Shown here: positions 16,424 through 24,992 of the stretch, one piece after another
How the letters are laid out: the number at the start of each line of letters is the position of its first letter
Position numbering within the stretch: position 1 is the stretch's first letter
IMG/VR virus record: IMGVR_UViG_3300032050_000030
Origin: a virus
Taxonomy: Duplodnaviria > Heunggongvirae > Uroviricota > Caudoviricetes
Length of the DNA: 64,000 bases
Strand: one strand, 5' to 3'
Translations under genes and position numbers: made by a program
The notes under the pieces: model-generated
Databases searched by the model: none
Seen by the model: the letters and a program-made list of their open reading frames with translations, nothing else
Told to the model about the DNA's origin: nothing

Positions 16424-18382
16424 TCAGAAAAGGCTAAGCTGGTTGGGATTTACCACCACCTTACGTTTCTTACCATTATAGGCTATCTTATGTATAATTC
16501 TCTCAGCCTTCTCTATGTAATATTGATAATTAATGCCTGCTGTAGCTACATCTGTGTTCTTTGGTAGATGGTTACACACTGTGCACACCCATTCACCAGC
16601 CTCCACTTGTGATACATCAGCAGCATTTGATTGACATTCTGGGTTCTTCACCTTAAGGAGCTTTTCTCCTGTATTTGAGACATAATACCTTATGAGCTTA
16701 TCGTAGACAGTTTTCTCACCACGCGCTCTATTCCATCCTTCATAATGAAAATCTTTGCTAGACTTTTGTCTAAGACAAAAATCATAGATGTTATTATGAG
16801 CCATAATAGTAGTAGCGATAGGTATGTTGTGTACATAATAAGCTTCAAGGGCAATAGGAACAACACGAGCAGACTTGTTTTTATGAAGCTCGAAATCCGT
16901 GAGGAAATCCCCCTTCTTTTTAATCTCTCCATCTGTTTTAATTGCTATATAATCATTAACGGTTGAGAATATAATCTTTTGATAGTCAGCTCTTTCTAGC
17001 TCATATCTGGTCAAATCCATCCACCATTTGTTAATCTTATGCATCTTGTCAACATGGCTTTTCTTCACCATAATTGTAACACCATCTGTGTTTGCAGATA
17101 TTACATGTATACCAGCTAGTTCATATGCTTCAATTAACATCATGAGACTCAATTCACCTGTAATAGTGGTGAACATAGTGAGCTGTCTATCATAGATCCA
17201 GTTCTGCATGTCTGAAGATTTACCATAAACAGAGTTTACAGCAAGCTTTAGTGCTCCAACTATACCCTTGATACGCTTATCCTTCTTAGCCAATGGTTTT
17301 AGTTCTAGCCTACGTTCAAACATGCGTTTGTAACCAGCCAGGAACTCTTTACCCAAATGTCTTGGATAACGTCCATTATTAATAATGATGGCAGGATAAT
17401 AGGAACTTACGTCCCAATCAATTATCAAATGCTCATCATCAGCTTCAAATACCTCAGGTTTATTCTCTGTATGCAAGCCGCCCTTCATGAAAGAATATAC
17501 ATTATCATAGAAATGTATCTCTTCTTTAAAATCATCCTGTATGCCAAGCTTCAGCTTCTTGATATTATTTAAGAATTGTTGAAGTTCTAAAGTTTGAAAT
17601 TGAACATAATTAGCAATGCAGTTCTTCACATATACATTGCTGAATGTTCCTTTCTTGGGCAAATCCTTGTATTGTATGCCCTTTTCCTCACAGTAATACT
17701 TCTTAATCATTTCATCCCCTATCTTACTATCTGAATAGTTCAAGCAGGGAATGCCAAATTCTTGTTCAATATCCAGTCTGAGCTCTATTTTATTATCTCC
17801 TTTGTACAATGGATGATCTGTATCACCAATTGTCACCTTGTAAAACTGATATGTAGCCCACACATCATTCAAACAATATTCTGTAATGATATTAATATCA
17901 TCATCAGATAGGTCTGATTTTGCATGGTGAATAGGCATTTCTTCTATATTCTCCAGATCCATCTCAAATTCCAATCTCTTCAAACTAACACGCCTATTCT
18001 TATTGTCGAAGTGATGCACCCTAAACAAATCTATTTGCTTGTAGGACAAATCTTGCTCTCTGTATTCAGGGAAGACATCATAATTAGCATCATGTATGAC
18101 ATCAGCAGCCTTCTGAGCTATCTTACCTGTAATTTCTAATGCACTTAGTTCATGCCACTGGTCATGATTACGCACAACCCATTCAATCACTTGACTATCG
18201 AAGCGTAGATTGTTATATCCCACCCAATAATAGTCTTTGTGTTGATTGGCAAAGTTTATAAATGCATCAAGATTATTCTGATTCTTGTTCACCCTGAATG
18301 TCCTATATGGTTCTCCAGGTATAAGACATACAATCAGAAAATACTCTTTGAGCGTTTCTATGTCATAAATGATTACATTCAC
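16424..18382 (-). CDS. family B DNA polymerase with 3'-5' exonuclease domain
   Basis: 652 aa; Exo I IIYDIET (DxE), Exo II-like YCLNDV, polymerase motif B KLAVNSVYGK (KxxxNSxYG), motif C-like ISANTDGV. Confidence 0.7.
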   Translation of the reverse strand: MNVIIYDIETLKEYFLIVCLIPGEPYRTFRVNKNQNNLDAFINFANQHKDYYWVGYNNLRFDSQVIEWVVRNHDQWHELSALEITGKIAQKAADVIHDANYDVFPEYREQDLSYKQIDLFRVHHFDNKNRRVSLKRLEFEMDLENIEEMPIHHAKSDLSDDDINIITEYCLNDVWATYQFYKVTIGDTDHPLYKGDNKIELRLDIEQEFGIPCLNYSDSKIGDEMIKKYYCEEKGIQYKDLPKKGTFSNVYVKNCIANYVQFQTLELQQFLNNIKKLKLGIQDDFKEEIHFYDNVYSFMKGGLHTENKPEVFEADDEHLIIDWDVSSYYPAIIINNGRYPRHLGKEFLAGYKRMFERRLELKPLAKKDKRIKGIVGALKLAVNSVYGKSSDMQNWIYDRQLTMFTTITGELSLMMLIEAYELAGIHVISANTDGVTIMVKKSHVDKMHKINKWWMDLTRYELERADYQKIIFSTVNDYIAIKTDGEIKKKGDFLTDFELHKNKSARVVPIALEAYYVHNIPIATTIMAHNNIYDFCLRQKSSKDFHYEGWNRARGEKTVYDKLIRYYVSNTGEKLLKVKNPECQSNAADVSQVEAGEWVCTVCNHLPKNTDVATAGINYQYYIEKAERIIHKIAYNGKKRKVVVNPNQLSLF

Positions 18383-18530
18383 GATATTTCGTTTTTATCT
18401 TGCTTGTCAAGAAAATTATGACGATCACATTCATCATCATCATCTTGCATAAGTGGTGCATTTACTATTTCATATGCTATCCATGCCCATATAATGGTCA
18501 ATATAATAGCTCCTATAATAATGTATTTCA

Positions 18531-18725
18531 TTATATTTTAATGTCTTTTGTAATGATTTCAATTAGCGTGGATATATTCTTTGATTTAAGAATACCATCT
18601 AGTTCATCATTGTCCCAGTATTTGACGTACAATTCTCTTGGAATAGCGTTCCATAATTCTGTGTAATGATTGTAATGAAATACATAGTTGTATAATCTGC
18701 TCATTGTAAATAGTTTAAGGCCCAA
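18531..18725 (-). CDS. hypothetical small protein
   Basis: 64 aa ORF upstream of the polymerase gene. Confidence 0.25.
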   Translation of the reverse strand: MGLKLFTMSRLYNYVFHYNHYTELWNAIPRELYVKYWDNDELDGILKSKNISTLIEIITKDIKI

Positions 18726-18788
18726 ATAATAAATGCAATTGCTGAAGATATCACTCCCAATATAAAACCATGTTGGAAGTATTTCTGC

Positions 18789-18989
18789 TCATTTTCGTTC
18801 AAGTTCATATAAAAAATAATCTTTTTCCTGCTTACATCTGGTACATTTGCATCTCACCTTTAAATTGTAATAGGAATATAAGATGCTCCATCTATGTCCA
18901 AATAGACGACAGGTTAATTTCTTTAACATGAGTTTGTGTTTAATGGGAGAACAACCAAAAATAGTGAATAATTTGCGAAAAGTATCCAA
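18789..18989 (-). CDS. hypothetical small zinc-ribbon protein
   Basis: 66 aa; CRLFGHRW...CKCTRCKQ suggests a 4-Cys/His zinc ribbon. Confidence 0.3.
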   Translation of the reverse strand: MDTFRKLFTIFGCSPIKHKLMLKKLTCRLFGHRWSILYSYYNLKVRCKCTRCKQEKDYFLYELERK

Positions 18990-19017
18990 TTAAGGATACT
19001 TTCCGCAAAAATATTCT

Positions 19018-19239
19018 TTAATGAGGCTTTAGTCTAATGACCATCTTCCTTGTTCCATCTGAAGGAACATAGGTGAATCTGCCTCTTTCCACCACAATCT
19101 TACTCTTCTGTTTAGCTGCAAGGATGATAGCATCAATAAGCCTACTGGCTAGAATGTAATCACGTGTAACGCCATAATAGACATTAGTGATACGTTCTGA
19201 TTTGTGCTCCCTGGATGAATAAACGAGTGTAGCTGGCAT
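19018..19239 (-). CDS. hypothetical small protein
   Basis: 73 aa ORF. Confidence 0.35.
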   Translation of the reverse strand: MPATLVYSSREHKSERITNVYYGVTRDYILASRLIDAIILAAKQKSKIVVERGRFTYVPSDGTRKMVIRLKPH

Positions 19240-19420
19240 ATATTGGGTTTTTGGTGACGCTATGTATTTACATCTTCTAACTGATTTCTATAGAAGTATG
19301 CTATGTGTATGATGTCTTCAACTAATTGATTATCAGACTTTTTTGCCAAATCTATCAGGTCATATTTAGTTTCATATTCATCTCCAGCTAGATTGATAAT
19401 TACGTCTATTAGTTGTTCTC

Positions 19421-19735
19421 TCATAGTACAGTGATTATGATTTTATCTCCCTCAATAGCAATGCTTTTAACTTTTCTCACCACTGTTTTTGCATCAACAG
19501 TGGTAGAAACTGTATTATTCTTCATTGCTCTTCTCTCTATGTTTTTCTTTCTGAGTGAAGGATGTTTTTTAGCCAGAGAACAGAGTCTCACCTGAATAGA
19601 TGAAAGCGATCTATCCAATTGTGTGCTGAGAATTGTAGCAGCCCTCTTTTGGTTGCCATAAGTGAGCTTGAGAGTTTCCTTGGCTAAATTGATTTCCTTG
19701 TTTGTCCATCTGTTTCTTGTAATTCCTGTGGTCAT
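19421..19735 (-). CDS. hypothetical protein, possible HTH DNA-binding
   Basis: 104 aa; RWTNKEINLAKETLKLTYG resembles a Myb/SANT- or sigma-region-4-like HTH; weak. Confidence 0.3.
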   Translation of the reverse strand: MTTGITRNRWTNKEINLAKETLKLTYGNQKRAATILSTQLDRSLSSIQVRLCSLAKKHPSLRKKNIERRAMKNNTVSTTVDAKTVVRKVKSIAIEGDKIIITVL

Positions 19736-19746
19736 GATTATTGATT

Positions 19747-19965
19747 TTAGTTTTCGAGAAATTCAATTGATTCTGGATTACCTGTGAGCTTTTTGTAAAT
19801 AACCTGTGCTTTTGCAGCATTAATAGCTGTCTTATAGCCTGATAGAGCTAATGCAGCCACCTTTAAATCTTTGTTCTTTTGGAACATGTTATTGAGCTGA
19901 TCACCCATGTCCCTGGTTACATTAATAACATCTGTTACTCCAACTGTTTTAATTGTCTTTGCCAT
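19747..19965 (-). CDS. hypothetical small protein
   Basis: 72 aa ORF. Confidence 0.35.
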   Translation of the reverse strand: MAKTIKTVGVTDVINVTRDMGDQLNNMFQKNKDLKVAALALSGYKTAINAAKAQVIYKKLTGNPESIEFLEN

Positions 19966-20374
19966 TGTTTTTGATTTGTCTGGTTAATAATAATTGTTTA
20001 CGTTTGATTTCTATAACTTCTTTTGGCATGTCTGAGCGACTAATGTCTTTTAGATCAGGAGATGCAAAAATTGTTTTATATATGTAATTATCACACAATT
20101 CAGCAGCCTCTCTCACTGATCTCAATCTACTGCGCTCTCTTTCCTTAGGAGTTTTGTAATATCCATTCTGTCTACGCTTTCTACAACTTGTTATGTTATG
20201 TTCTCTCACATTTTCGGGATTATTACGCTTCCATTTATTGCTCCTCTCTATGGCACTCACTGCACATCTATATATTAGCACTCTGTTACCTTTTGCTAAT
20301 TTTTTATATTCAGTTCTCCATCTAGTGCCACCACAATGTGAGCATACTTTGTCTGGTATTTCTATTGTAGCCAT
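19949..20374 (-). CDS. hypothetical basic zinc-ribbon protein
   Basis: 141 aa; CSHCGG...YRCAV plus an R/K-rich C-terminus; candidate nucleic-acid binding regulator. Confidence 0.35.
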   Translation of the reverse strand: MATIEIPDKVCSHCGGTRWRTEYKKLAKGNRVLIYRCAVSAIERSNKWKRNNPENVREHNITSCRKRRQNGYYKTPKERERSRLRSVREAAELCDNYIYKTIFASPDLKDISRSDMPKEVIEIKRKQLLLTRQIKNNGKDN

Positions 20375-20454
20375 GCTTTCTATGTTTAAAATAAAAATGG
20401 CCCCTTAGGATTTTACTCCCAAGAGGCCTGTTATTCACCACCATTAAACCATAA

Positions 20455-20652
20455 CTAGTTCATATAAATAGCACGCCTATCATATAGCATGCCAAATCTA
20501 AACTCTTTGCACCAATCATGCAGCGGTGGCTGATTGTCTGGATAGGTGCTAATAAATCTTGTTTGTTCTATTGTTTTAGGAGGCTGTTCATCAGCTAGTC
20601 CTAATAGAATAAGTAGTTTCTTCATTTTAATCGTTTTCGTTAAAATAATCAT
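20455..20652 (-). CDS. hypothetical small protein
   Basis: 65 aa; internal MKKLLILLGLA hydrophobic start but no lipobox Cys. Confidence 0.25.
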   Translation of the reverse strand: MIILTKTIKMKKLLILLGLADEQPPKTIEQTRFISTYPDNQPPLHDWCKEFRFGMLYDRRAIYMN

Positions 20653-21166
20653 TGTTATATTTTCTCACACCATCCCCTCCACATGAATTACAAATAGATC
20701 CGTCATACATTCCTTCACCACTCCCATTACAACTAGTGCACATTTCAGGCTCTTCAAAATCATCCTCTTCTTGAACCATCCTGATGGTGATTTTACCCTG
20801 ATAGAACAATGGAATATATTCTCCATCCTCATCCTGTGTCATTTCCACATCTACATATCCACCATCATACTGAATAATATCATTTATATTCTTTACAGAT
20901 ATATCAGATAGCTCATCAGAATGGTCACCCTCATCAAACCAGCCTATTTGCTCTGGTGTTGCAATAATTGTGCCATTGAATATGTTTGGATTACCTGGAT
21001 CAATAACAAACATTTCAACAGGATACCCATTTACACTAATAAACTCTTCCTGATTGGCAGGAATCTCTGTTAATTCTCTCACTGTATCACCAGTGTAGAA
21101 TAACATTCCCTTTTCTAGCTTAAGAGGCTTATAGCTCTTAAACACCAGCAGACATTCTAAATACAT
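20627..21166 (-). CDS. hypothetical acidic protein with two DnaJ-type CxxCxGxG zinc-finger units
   Basis: 179 aa; C-terminus CTSCNGSGEGMYDGSICNSCGGDG = two CxxCxGxG repeats. Confidence 0.45.
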   Translation of the reverse strand: MYLECLLVFKSYKPLKLEKGMLFYTGDTVRELTEIPANQEEFISVNGYPVEMFVIDPGNPNIFNGTIIATPEQIGWFDEGDHSDELSDISVKNINDIIQYDGGYVDVEMTQDEDGEYIPLFYQGKITIRMVQEEDDFEEPEMCTSCNGSGEGMYDGSICNSCGGDGVRKYNNDYFNEND

Positions 21167-21507
21167 GTTAGACTGATTTCGTCATTAATAGGTTTATTTG
21201 TCTCAGAGCTGTATATTTTCCATATATACCCTCTCCTTGTGAGCTTATATTTAACCAATTCAAGCTCTTTATCTGTGTGATGTATGGCTTCAGAAGATTT
21301 CATTGTGCTCATAACAATAGAATCTGATTTCTCTGGACTTATTAGTCCAGTGAATTTCCATATATCCACATATCCTGCTGTACCTCTTTTTAACTTATGC
21401 TTTGTTTTGAAATAATACATTTTAATGGTTTTATTGGTGAATGAATTAAAAAAGCTCCAGATATAGACATAACAGAGCGTAAAATGTACAAACATGTAAA
21501 AAATCAA
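21157..21507 (-). CDS. hypothetical protein
   Basis: 116 aa ORF. Confidence 0.35.
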   Translation of the reverse strand: MIFYMFVHFTLCYVYIWSFFNSFTNKTIKMYYFKTKHKLKRGTAGYVDIWKFTGLISPEKSDSIVMSTMKSSEAIHHTDKELELVKYKLTRRGYIWKIYSSETNKPINDEISLTCI

Positions 21508-21689
21508 TATCCTAATGCCTCCAAATGGTCAGCATTAGCTGTGACATGTATGAAGCCTTGATTAACATACAAGTCAAAGAAGAATGTAGCTAATTGTTTA
21601 AAGCTAACAAATTCTGTTGGTGTCATGGTGACCGTTCTCATGATTTTGGTATTTAATGGTGTGTAAAGATAATGAATGCTATATTAATG

Positions 21690-21830
21690 TCAAAAGCCAA
21701 TAGGCTTGTGAACTTTATAATAGCTGCTCTTAAATTTAGGCGTGTAATATTTGCAGTTTCCCACCTGACTAACTGTGTAGCAACCACTCAATAGAATGGC
21801 TGCTACAATGAATAGAATGATCTTTCTCAT
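21690..21830 (-). CDS. small lipoprotein (46 aa; not in ORF track)
   Basis: Hand translation MRKIILFIVAAILLSGCYTVSQVGNCKYYTPKFKSSYYKVHKPIGF; signal peptide plus lipobox LLSGC; ATG overlaps the upstream gene's stop as TAATG. Confidence 0.4.
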   Translation of the reverse strand: MRKIILFIVAAILLSGCYTVSQVGNCKYYTPKFKSSYYKVHKPIGF

Positions 21831-22051
21831 TATTTCTTTGATTTAAAATTACTATCAAAAGACTTTTCAAATATAAGACCAAGTGTTATGTGAACAAGAA
21901 GATTGCCCACAATAACATAAACAGGACTCTGTGCAACATATGTAAATGGTCCACCAAATATCCACACTATACCTGGAATAATAGAATAACAAATGATGAA
22001 CATTATTACATATAACACAACAAGAATACTAAAACGTGCAAGCTTTTCCAT
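21830..22051 (-). CDS. small integral membrane protein (holin or spanin-like candidate)
   Basis: 73 aa with two or three hydrophobic helices (FSILVVLYVIMFIICYSIIPGIVWIFGG...VIVGNLLVHITLGLIF). Confidence 0.4.
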   Translation of the reverse strand: MEKLARFSILVVLYVIMFIICYSIIPGIVWIFGGPFTYVAQSPVYVIVGNLLVHITLGLIFEKSFDSNFKSKK

Positions 22052-22072
22052 AAATAATTGATTTTAGATGGT

Positions 22073-22225
22073 TTAATACAATTTGTTTGCTTTCCTAACA
22101 ACATCATTCCAACTAGCTCTGCCCTTACAGCCATATCCTGTGGTTCTGCAGGAAGAGAGAAAAATAGCGAACAATAAAACAAATCCAATCTTAATTGCGG
22201 CTAATGCCAATGCTGTCTTTTTCAT
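22073..22225 (-). CDS. small lipoprotein (50 aa; not in ORF track)
   Basis: Hand translation MKKTALALAAIKIGFVLLFAIFLSSCRTTGYGCKGRASWNDVVRKANKLY; signal peptide plus lipobox FLSSC; the overlapping 60-aa track ORF 22006..22188 is in another frame and probably spurious. Confidence 0.4.
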   Translation of the reverse strand: MKKTALALAAIKIGFVLLFAIFLSSCRTTGYGCKGRASWNDVVRKANKLY

Positions 22226-22276
22226 TTTAATTAATTTATAAGTGAATAAATAAAAAGAATAGAGCTCTAATGAGCC

Positions 22277-22597
22277 CTATTTATTATCATCATATTCATA
22301 ATCATCTTCTTCACAAGGAACATCAACTGTTCCTTCTTTAAGTGTCAGATAATCAGGTAATAATGATATAAACGATCTAGCCATTTCCATTCTCCAATTA
22401 GGAAATGTTTCACTCTCATAAGGTTTATAATCCTCAAGAGTGATACCATAGAAACCATTATCATCAGCATTTGAAGCTAAATGAATGGCTTGTGCATCAT
22501 TTTCAACATGATATATCTGCCATATCATGCCTCCTTTGGTATTACGAATAACTAATGTTTTAGGCCAATTGCGATTTGTTGAAATGTTCTCAAACAT
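22277..22597 (-). CDS. hypothetical protein
   Basis: 106 aa ORF. Confidence 0.4.
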   Translation of the reverse strand: MFENISTNRNWPKTLVIRNTKGGMIWQIYHVENDAQAIHLASNADDNGFYGITLEDYKPYESETFPNWRMEMARSFISLLPDYLTLKEGTVDVPCEEDDYEYDDNK

Positions 22598-22865
22598 AAA
22601 TGATTGGTTTATAATGGTTTAATAATTGGTGACTAAAGAAATGTAATAGCTGGTTCTGCGTTAAATCCCCTATTTACCCTGTAATCAGGACTATTACAAT
22701 TGTAATAATATAATTTCCCCTCTGCACGCAGTTGCAACACTATCAGCTGGCTATATATACCATGCACTTCTTTGTTACTTTTCAGATCTCGATAAACAAG
22801 TCCTGCTAGTTAACAAGGCGTTACAACTGGTGCTTTGGGAAGTGAGTTGTGGTGGATTAAAACAA

Positions 22866-22889
22866 AAAGAGCCCTTTTACAGGCTCTTT
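22866..22889 (-). terminator. hairpin aaagagcc-cttttaca-ggctcttt with T runs on both strands
   Basis: 8-bp stem; the stop codon of gene 22877..23275 lies in the loop; near-identical copy at 23315..23336. Confidence 0.5.
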
Positions 22890-23275
22890 TGGCTCTTTTT
22901 AGTAAGTTCTCTTCCTGCATATCCTCTCACATGATCAAGTTTACCCACTTTGCAATAGGAATCCTTAAACTGTATGCAGAAATCCTCTGTTCCAAAATTG
23001 GTCTCATCCTCAAATACAAAAACTGTCTTATTGTCCATATATATGGTGCGAGACAGTACAACCTCGACTTCTGTAAAAACACTACGAGGAACAGCAGCAC
23101 ACTCATTGTAATCAAGTTGTGCTTTTTCGTAAGGGAAATAGCCAATTGCTTTAAATCCTTTGAATTGAATAGGCTCTTTGAGTGTTATAAAATCACTATA
23201 AGCCTGAAGATCTGAAATTCTAGTCCATTTCATGGTATTTATGGTTTTGGTGAATATTTCTGTTTCGACCCTCAA
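22877..23275 (-). CDS. hypothetical protein flanked by repeated hairpins
   Basis: 132 aa ORF bracketed by two 21/22-nt identical hairpin elements. Confidence 0.4.
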   Translation of the reverse strand: MRVETEIFTKTINTMKWTRISDLQAYSDFITLKEPIQFKGFKAIGYFPYEKAQLDYNECAAVPRSVFTEVEVVLSRTIYMDNKTVFVFEDETNFGTEDFCIQFKDSYCKVGKLDHVRGYAGRELTKKSQKSL

Positions 23276-23314
23276 TTAGGTCATCATCAGGCCAGACAAT
23301 AGTCTGACGACAGA

Positions 23315-23336
23315 AAGAGCCCTGTTACAGGCTCTT
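23315..23336 (-). repeat. hairpin aagagcc-ctgttaca-ggctctt (second copy of the repeated hairpin element), preceded by a small cagac/gtctg hairpin
   Basis: 7-bp stem; 21/22 nt identical to the hairpin at 22866..22889. Confidence 0.45.
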
Positions 23337-23483
23337 AATTAAATATACTATTAGAAGCAAATTCTAATTCATAATGACCATTATATTCAATAGTCATAAG
23401 TTTAGCATCTTCTAATGTATCTGTAAATCCTACATATCTACCTTGTTCATCATAGATAGAATAAAAACAATCGTAAGTCATAA
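23337..23483 (-). CDS. possible small ORF (about 48 aa) in the intergenic region
   Basis: Hand translation MTYDCFYSIYDEQGRYVGFTDTLEDAKLMTIEYNGHYELEFASNSIFN; below track size cut-off; weak. Confidence 0.2.
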
Positions 23484-23667
23484 CTATTGGTTTAATTGGT
23501 TAATAATGCTATATGTATTGTCTATATTTTCCATTGTTTCAACTGTCTAGTCAAATGACTAACAGGCATGAAGAGGTGTTACACCCTCTATTTTATTTAA
23601 AAAAACAAGGGTGAGTGAATAGTTTTTTACCACCCACCCTGTTTTATTTCCCACCCTATATATAAAA

Positions 23668-23686
23668 AAGGGGGCAAAGCCCCCTT
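23668..23686 (-). terminator. intrinsic terminator aagggggc-aaa-gccccctt
   Basis: Perfect 8-bp GC stem, 3-nt loop, immediately after the stop of gene 23689..24093; T-rich run follows on the minus strand (plus-strand atatataaaaa). Confidence 0.5.
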
Positions 23687-23688
23687 AA

Positions 23689-24093
23689 TTAGAACGCAAC
23701 ATCTTCGTAGTTGCTGATAACTTCATTAGTTACCACCAATCCTTCGAGTTGAGTTCCTTCACCTTGGAAGATGAAATACTTGCTGTTGTCTTCAGCATCC
23801 ACCTTTACATCGCAGTTAAGCAACGCACCCAAAACTTCCAATTGAGGTTTGGTCTCCAAGGCCTTTCTTACAATCTCACTCAATGGTTTGGTGCAAGAGA
23901 AGGTGATTGGTTCGCCCTTTTTGGGAGTAGCAATAATTGTTACACGCTTCGTTCCTGCCAAATTGTTCTTGGTGAACTTAATGGACATTCCTTTCACGTG
24001 TTCTTTCAATTGTCCAACACTTTCGTAGGTCCACTCACCATTGTTGGAAAACACTGCCTTGTTGTAGCTGATTTGCATTGTTGTTGTGCTCAT
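23689..24093 (-). CDS. hypothetical protein (first gene of the minus-strand module)
   Basis: 134 aa ORF; lies immediately adjacent to the divergent intergenic region (24094-24304), so probably an early highly transcribed gene. Confidence 0.45.
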   Translation of the reverse strand: MSTTTMQISYNKAVFSNNGEWTYESVGQLKEHVKGMSIKFTKNNLAGTKRVTIIATPKKGEPITFSCTKPLSEIVRKALETKPQLEVLGALLNCDVKVDAEDNSKYFIFQGEGTQLEGLVVTNEVISNYEDVAF

Positions 24094-24304
24094 CGTTTTT
24101 CGATTTTAATTGTTAATAATGTGGGAGGTCATCGTGACTTCCTCATTTACAGGAGGGGTTGTTATTGGCAGTAGCCTCTCCTCCCATGGATATAATGGGG
24201 GTGGGGGGTATAAAAAATTTTAAAATTTTTTTGGAGCGTATTACTAAATAGGATTATCTTTGACGGGCGGGGGGAGGGAATGAACTGAAAAAAACTCACT
24301 ATAT
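24094..24304. promoter_or_regulatory. divergent intergenic control region with G-tracts and a Bacteroides-type -7 motif (tatctttg at 24253..24260)
   Basis: Only long non-coding gap separating the minus and plus modules; contains gggggtgggggg and gggcggggggaggg tracts unusual for this AT-rich genome, and TAnnTTTG 45 nt upstream of the ATG at 24305. Confidence 0.4.
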
Positions 24305-24541
24305 ATGAATATAATTATTATTGCTCTTGTTGTTCTTATTGTTATATCTCTTCTATCTGGATTTATTGGTTCCAGGGAGATGTCTCTGGGTATAGAGATA
24401 AATAAGTGGTCTACGCCCTTCTTTAAATTAGGTTTGACATCTGAGAGGTTCTCCCTGGATGATGGAAGTGTGGAGGATGAAATAGGTGTTCACCTACTGT
24501 TTATTAGTTTTGTTGTTATTTTCTGGAAGCCATTAGATTAA
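24305..24541 (+). CDS. small membrane protein
   Basis: 78 aa with two hydrophobic helices (IIIIALVVLIVISLLSGFIG and VHLLFISFVVIFW). Confidence 0.35.
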   Translation: MNIIIIALVVLIVISLLSGFIGSREMSLGIEINKWSTPFFKLGLTSERFSLDDGSVEDEIGVHLLFISFVVIFWKPLD

Positions 24542-24608
24542 TTTGAGCATAATATAGCATTACATCAAGTAAATAATCTAATTGGTTATTTGTCAATGAT
24601 TTATTTCG

Positions 24609-24616
24609 TCCTATCT
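24609..24616 (+). promoter_or_regulatory. TAnnTTTG promoter -7 motif (tatctttg) upstream of gene 24633
   Basis: Same octamer as at 24253; 17 nt upstream of the ATG. Confidence 0.3.
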
Positions 24617-24632
24617 TTGCTTTAATTATAAC

Positions 24633-24992
24633 ATGGAACCAACAGCTAAAAAGACAATAGTACAAAAACTGAGGAAGTATGAGACAGATGTCTATGCTTC
24701 AGCCCAGAGGTATTACGCTGTTCTCTCTGCTATAAATGATTTGTTTCTTACAGAGAGGGAAATACAATTGATTGCCTTTACAGCTGTTAAGGGAAACATT
24801 TCATATAAGAACATCAGGGAGGAATTCTGTGAGAAATACAAGAGTTCTGCTCCTACGATTAATAATATGATTAGTAAGCTGAAGAAGATGGGGGTTTTGG
24901 TGAAGGATGGTTCGAAGGTGAAGGTGAATTCTATGATTACGCTGGCATTTGAGAACGATATTGTTCTGGAGGTAAAGATTACGAATGGATAA
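24633..24992 (+). CDS. hypothetical protein
   Basis: 119 aa ORF. Confidence 0.45.
   Translation: MEPTAKKTIVQKLRKYETDVYASAQRYYAVLSAINDLFLTEREIQLIAFTAVKGNISYKNIREEFCEKYKSSAPTINNMISKLKKMGVLVKDGSKVKVNSMITLAFENDIVLEVKITNG

Noticed and set aside
22006-22188. 60-aa minus-strand track ORF
   Set aside because: It overlaps, out of frame, a cleaner 50-aa ORF (22073..22225) that has a textbook signal peptide and lipobox.
24100-24125. Imperfect palindrome gggaggtcatcgtgacttcctc in the divergent region
   Set aside because: The arms mismatch on inspection (ggaggtca vs ggaagtca), so it is not a clean operator-like inverted repeat. It is left as part of the regulatory-region finding only.
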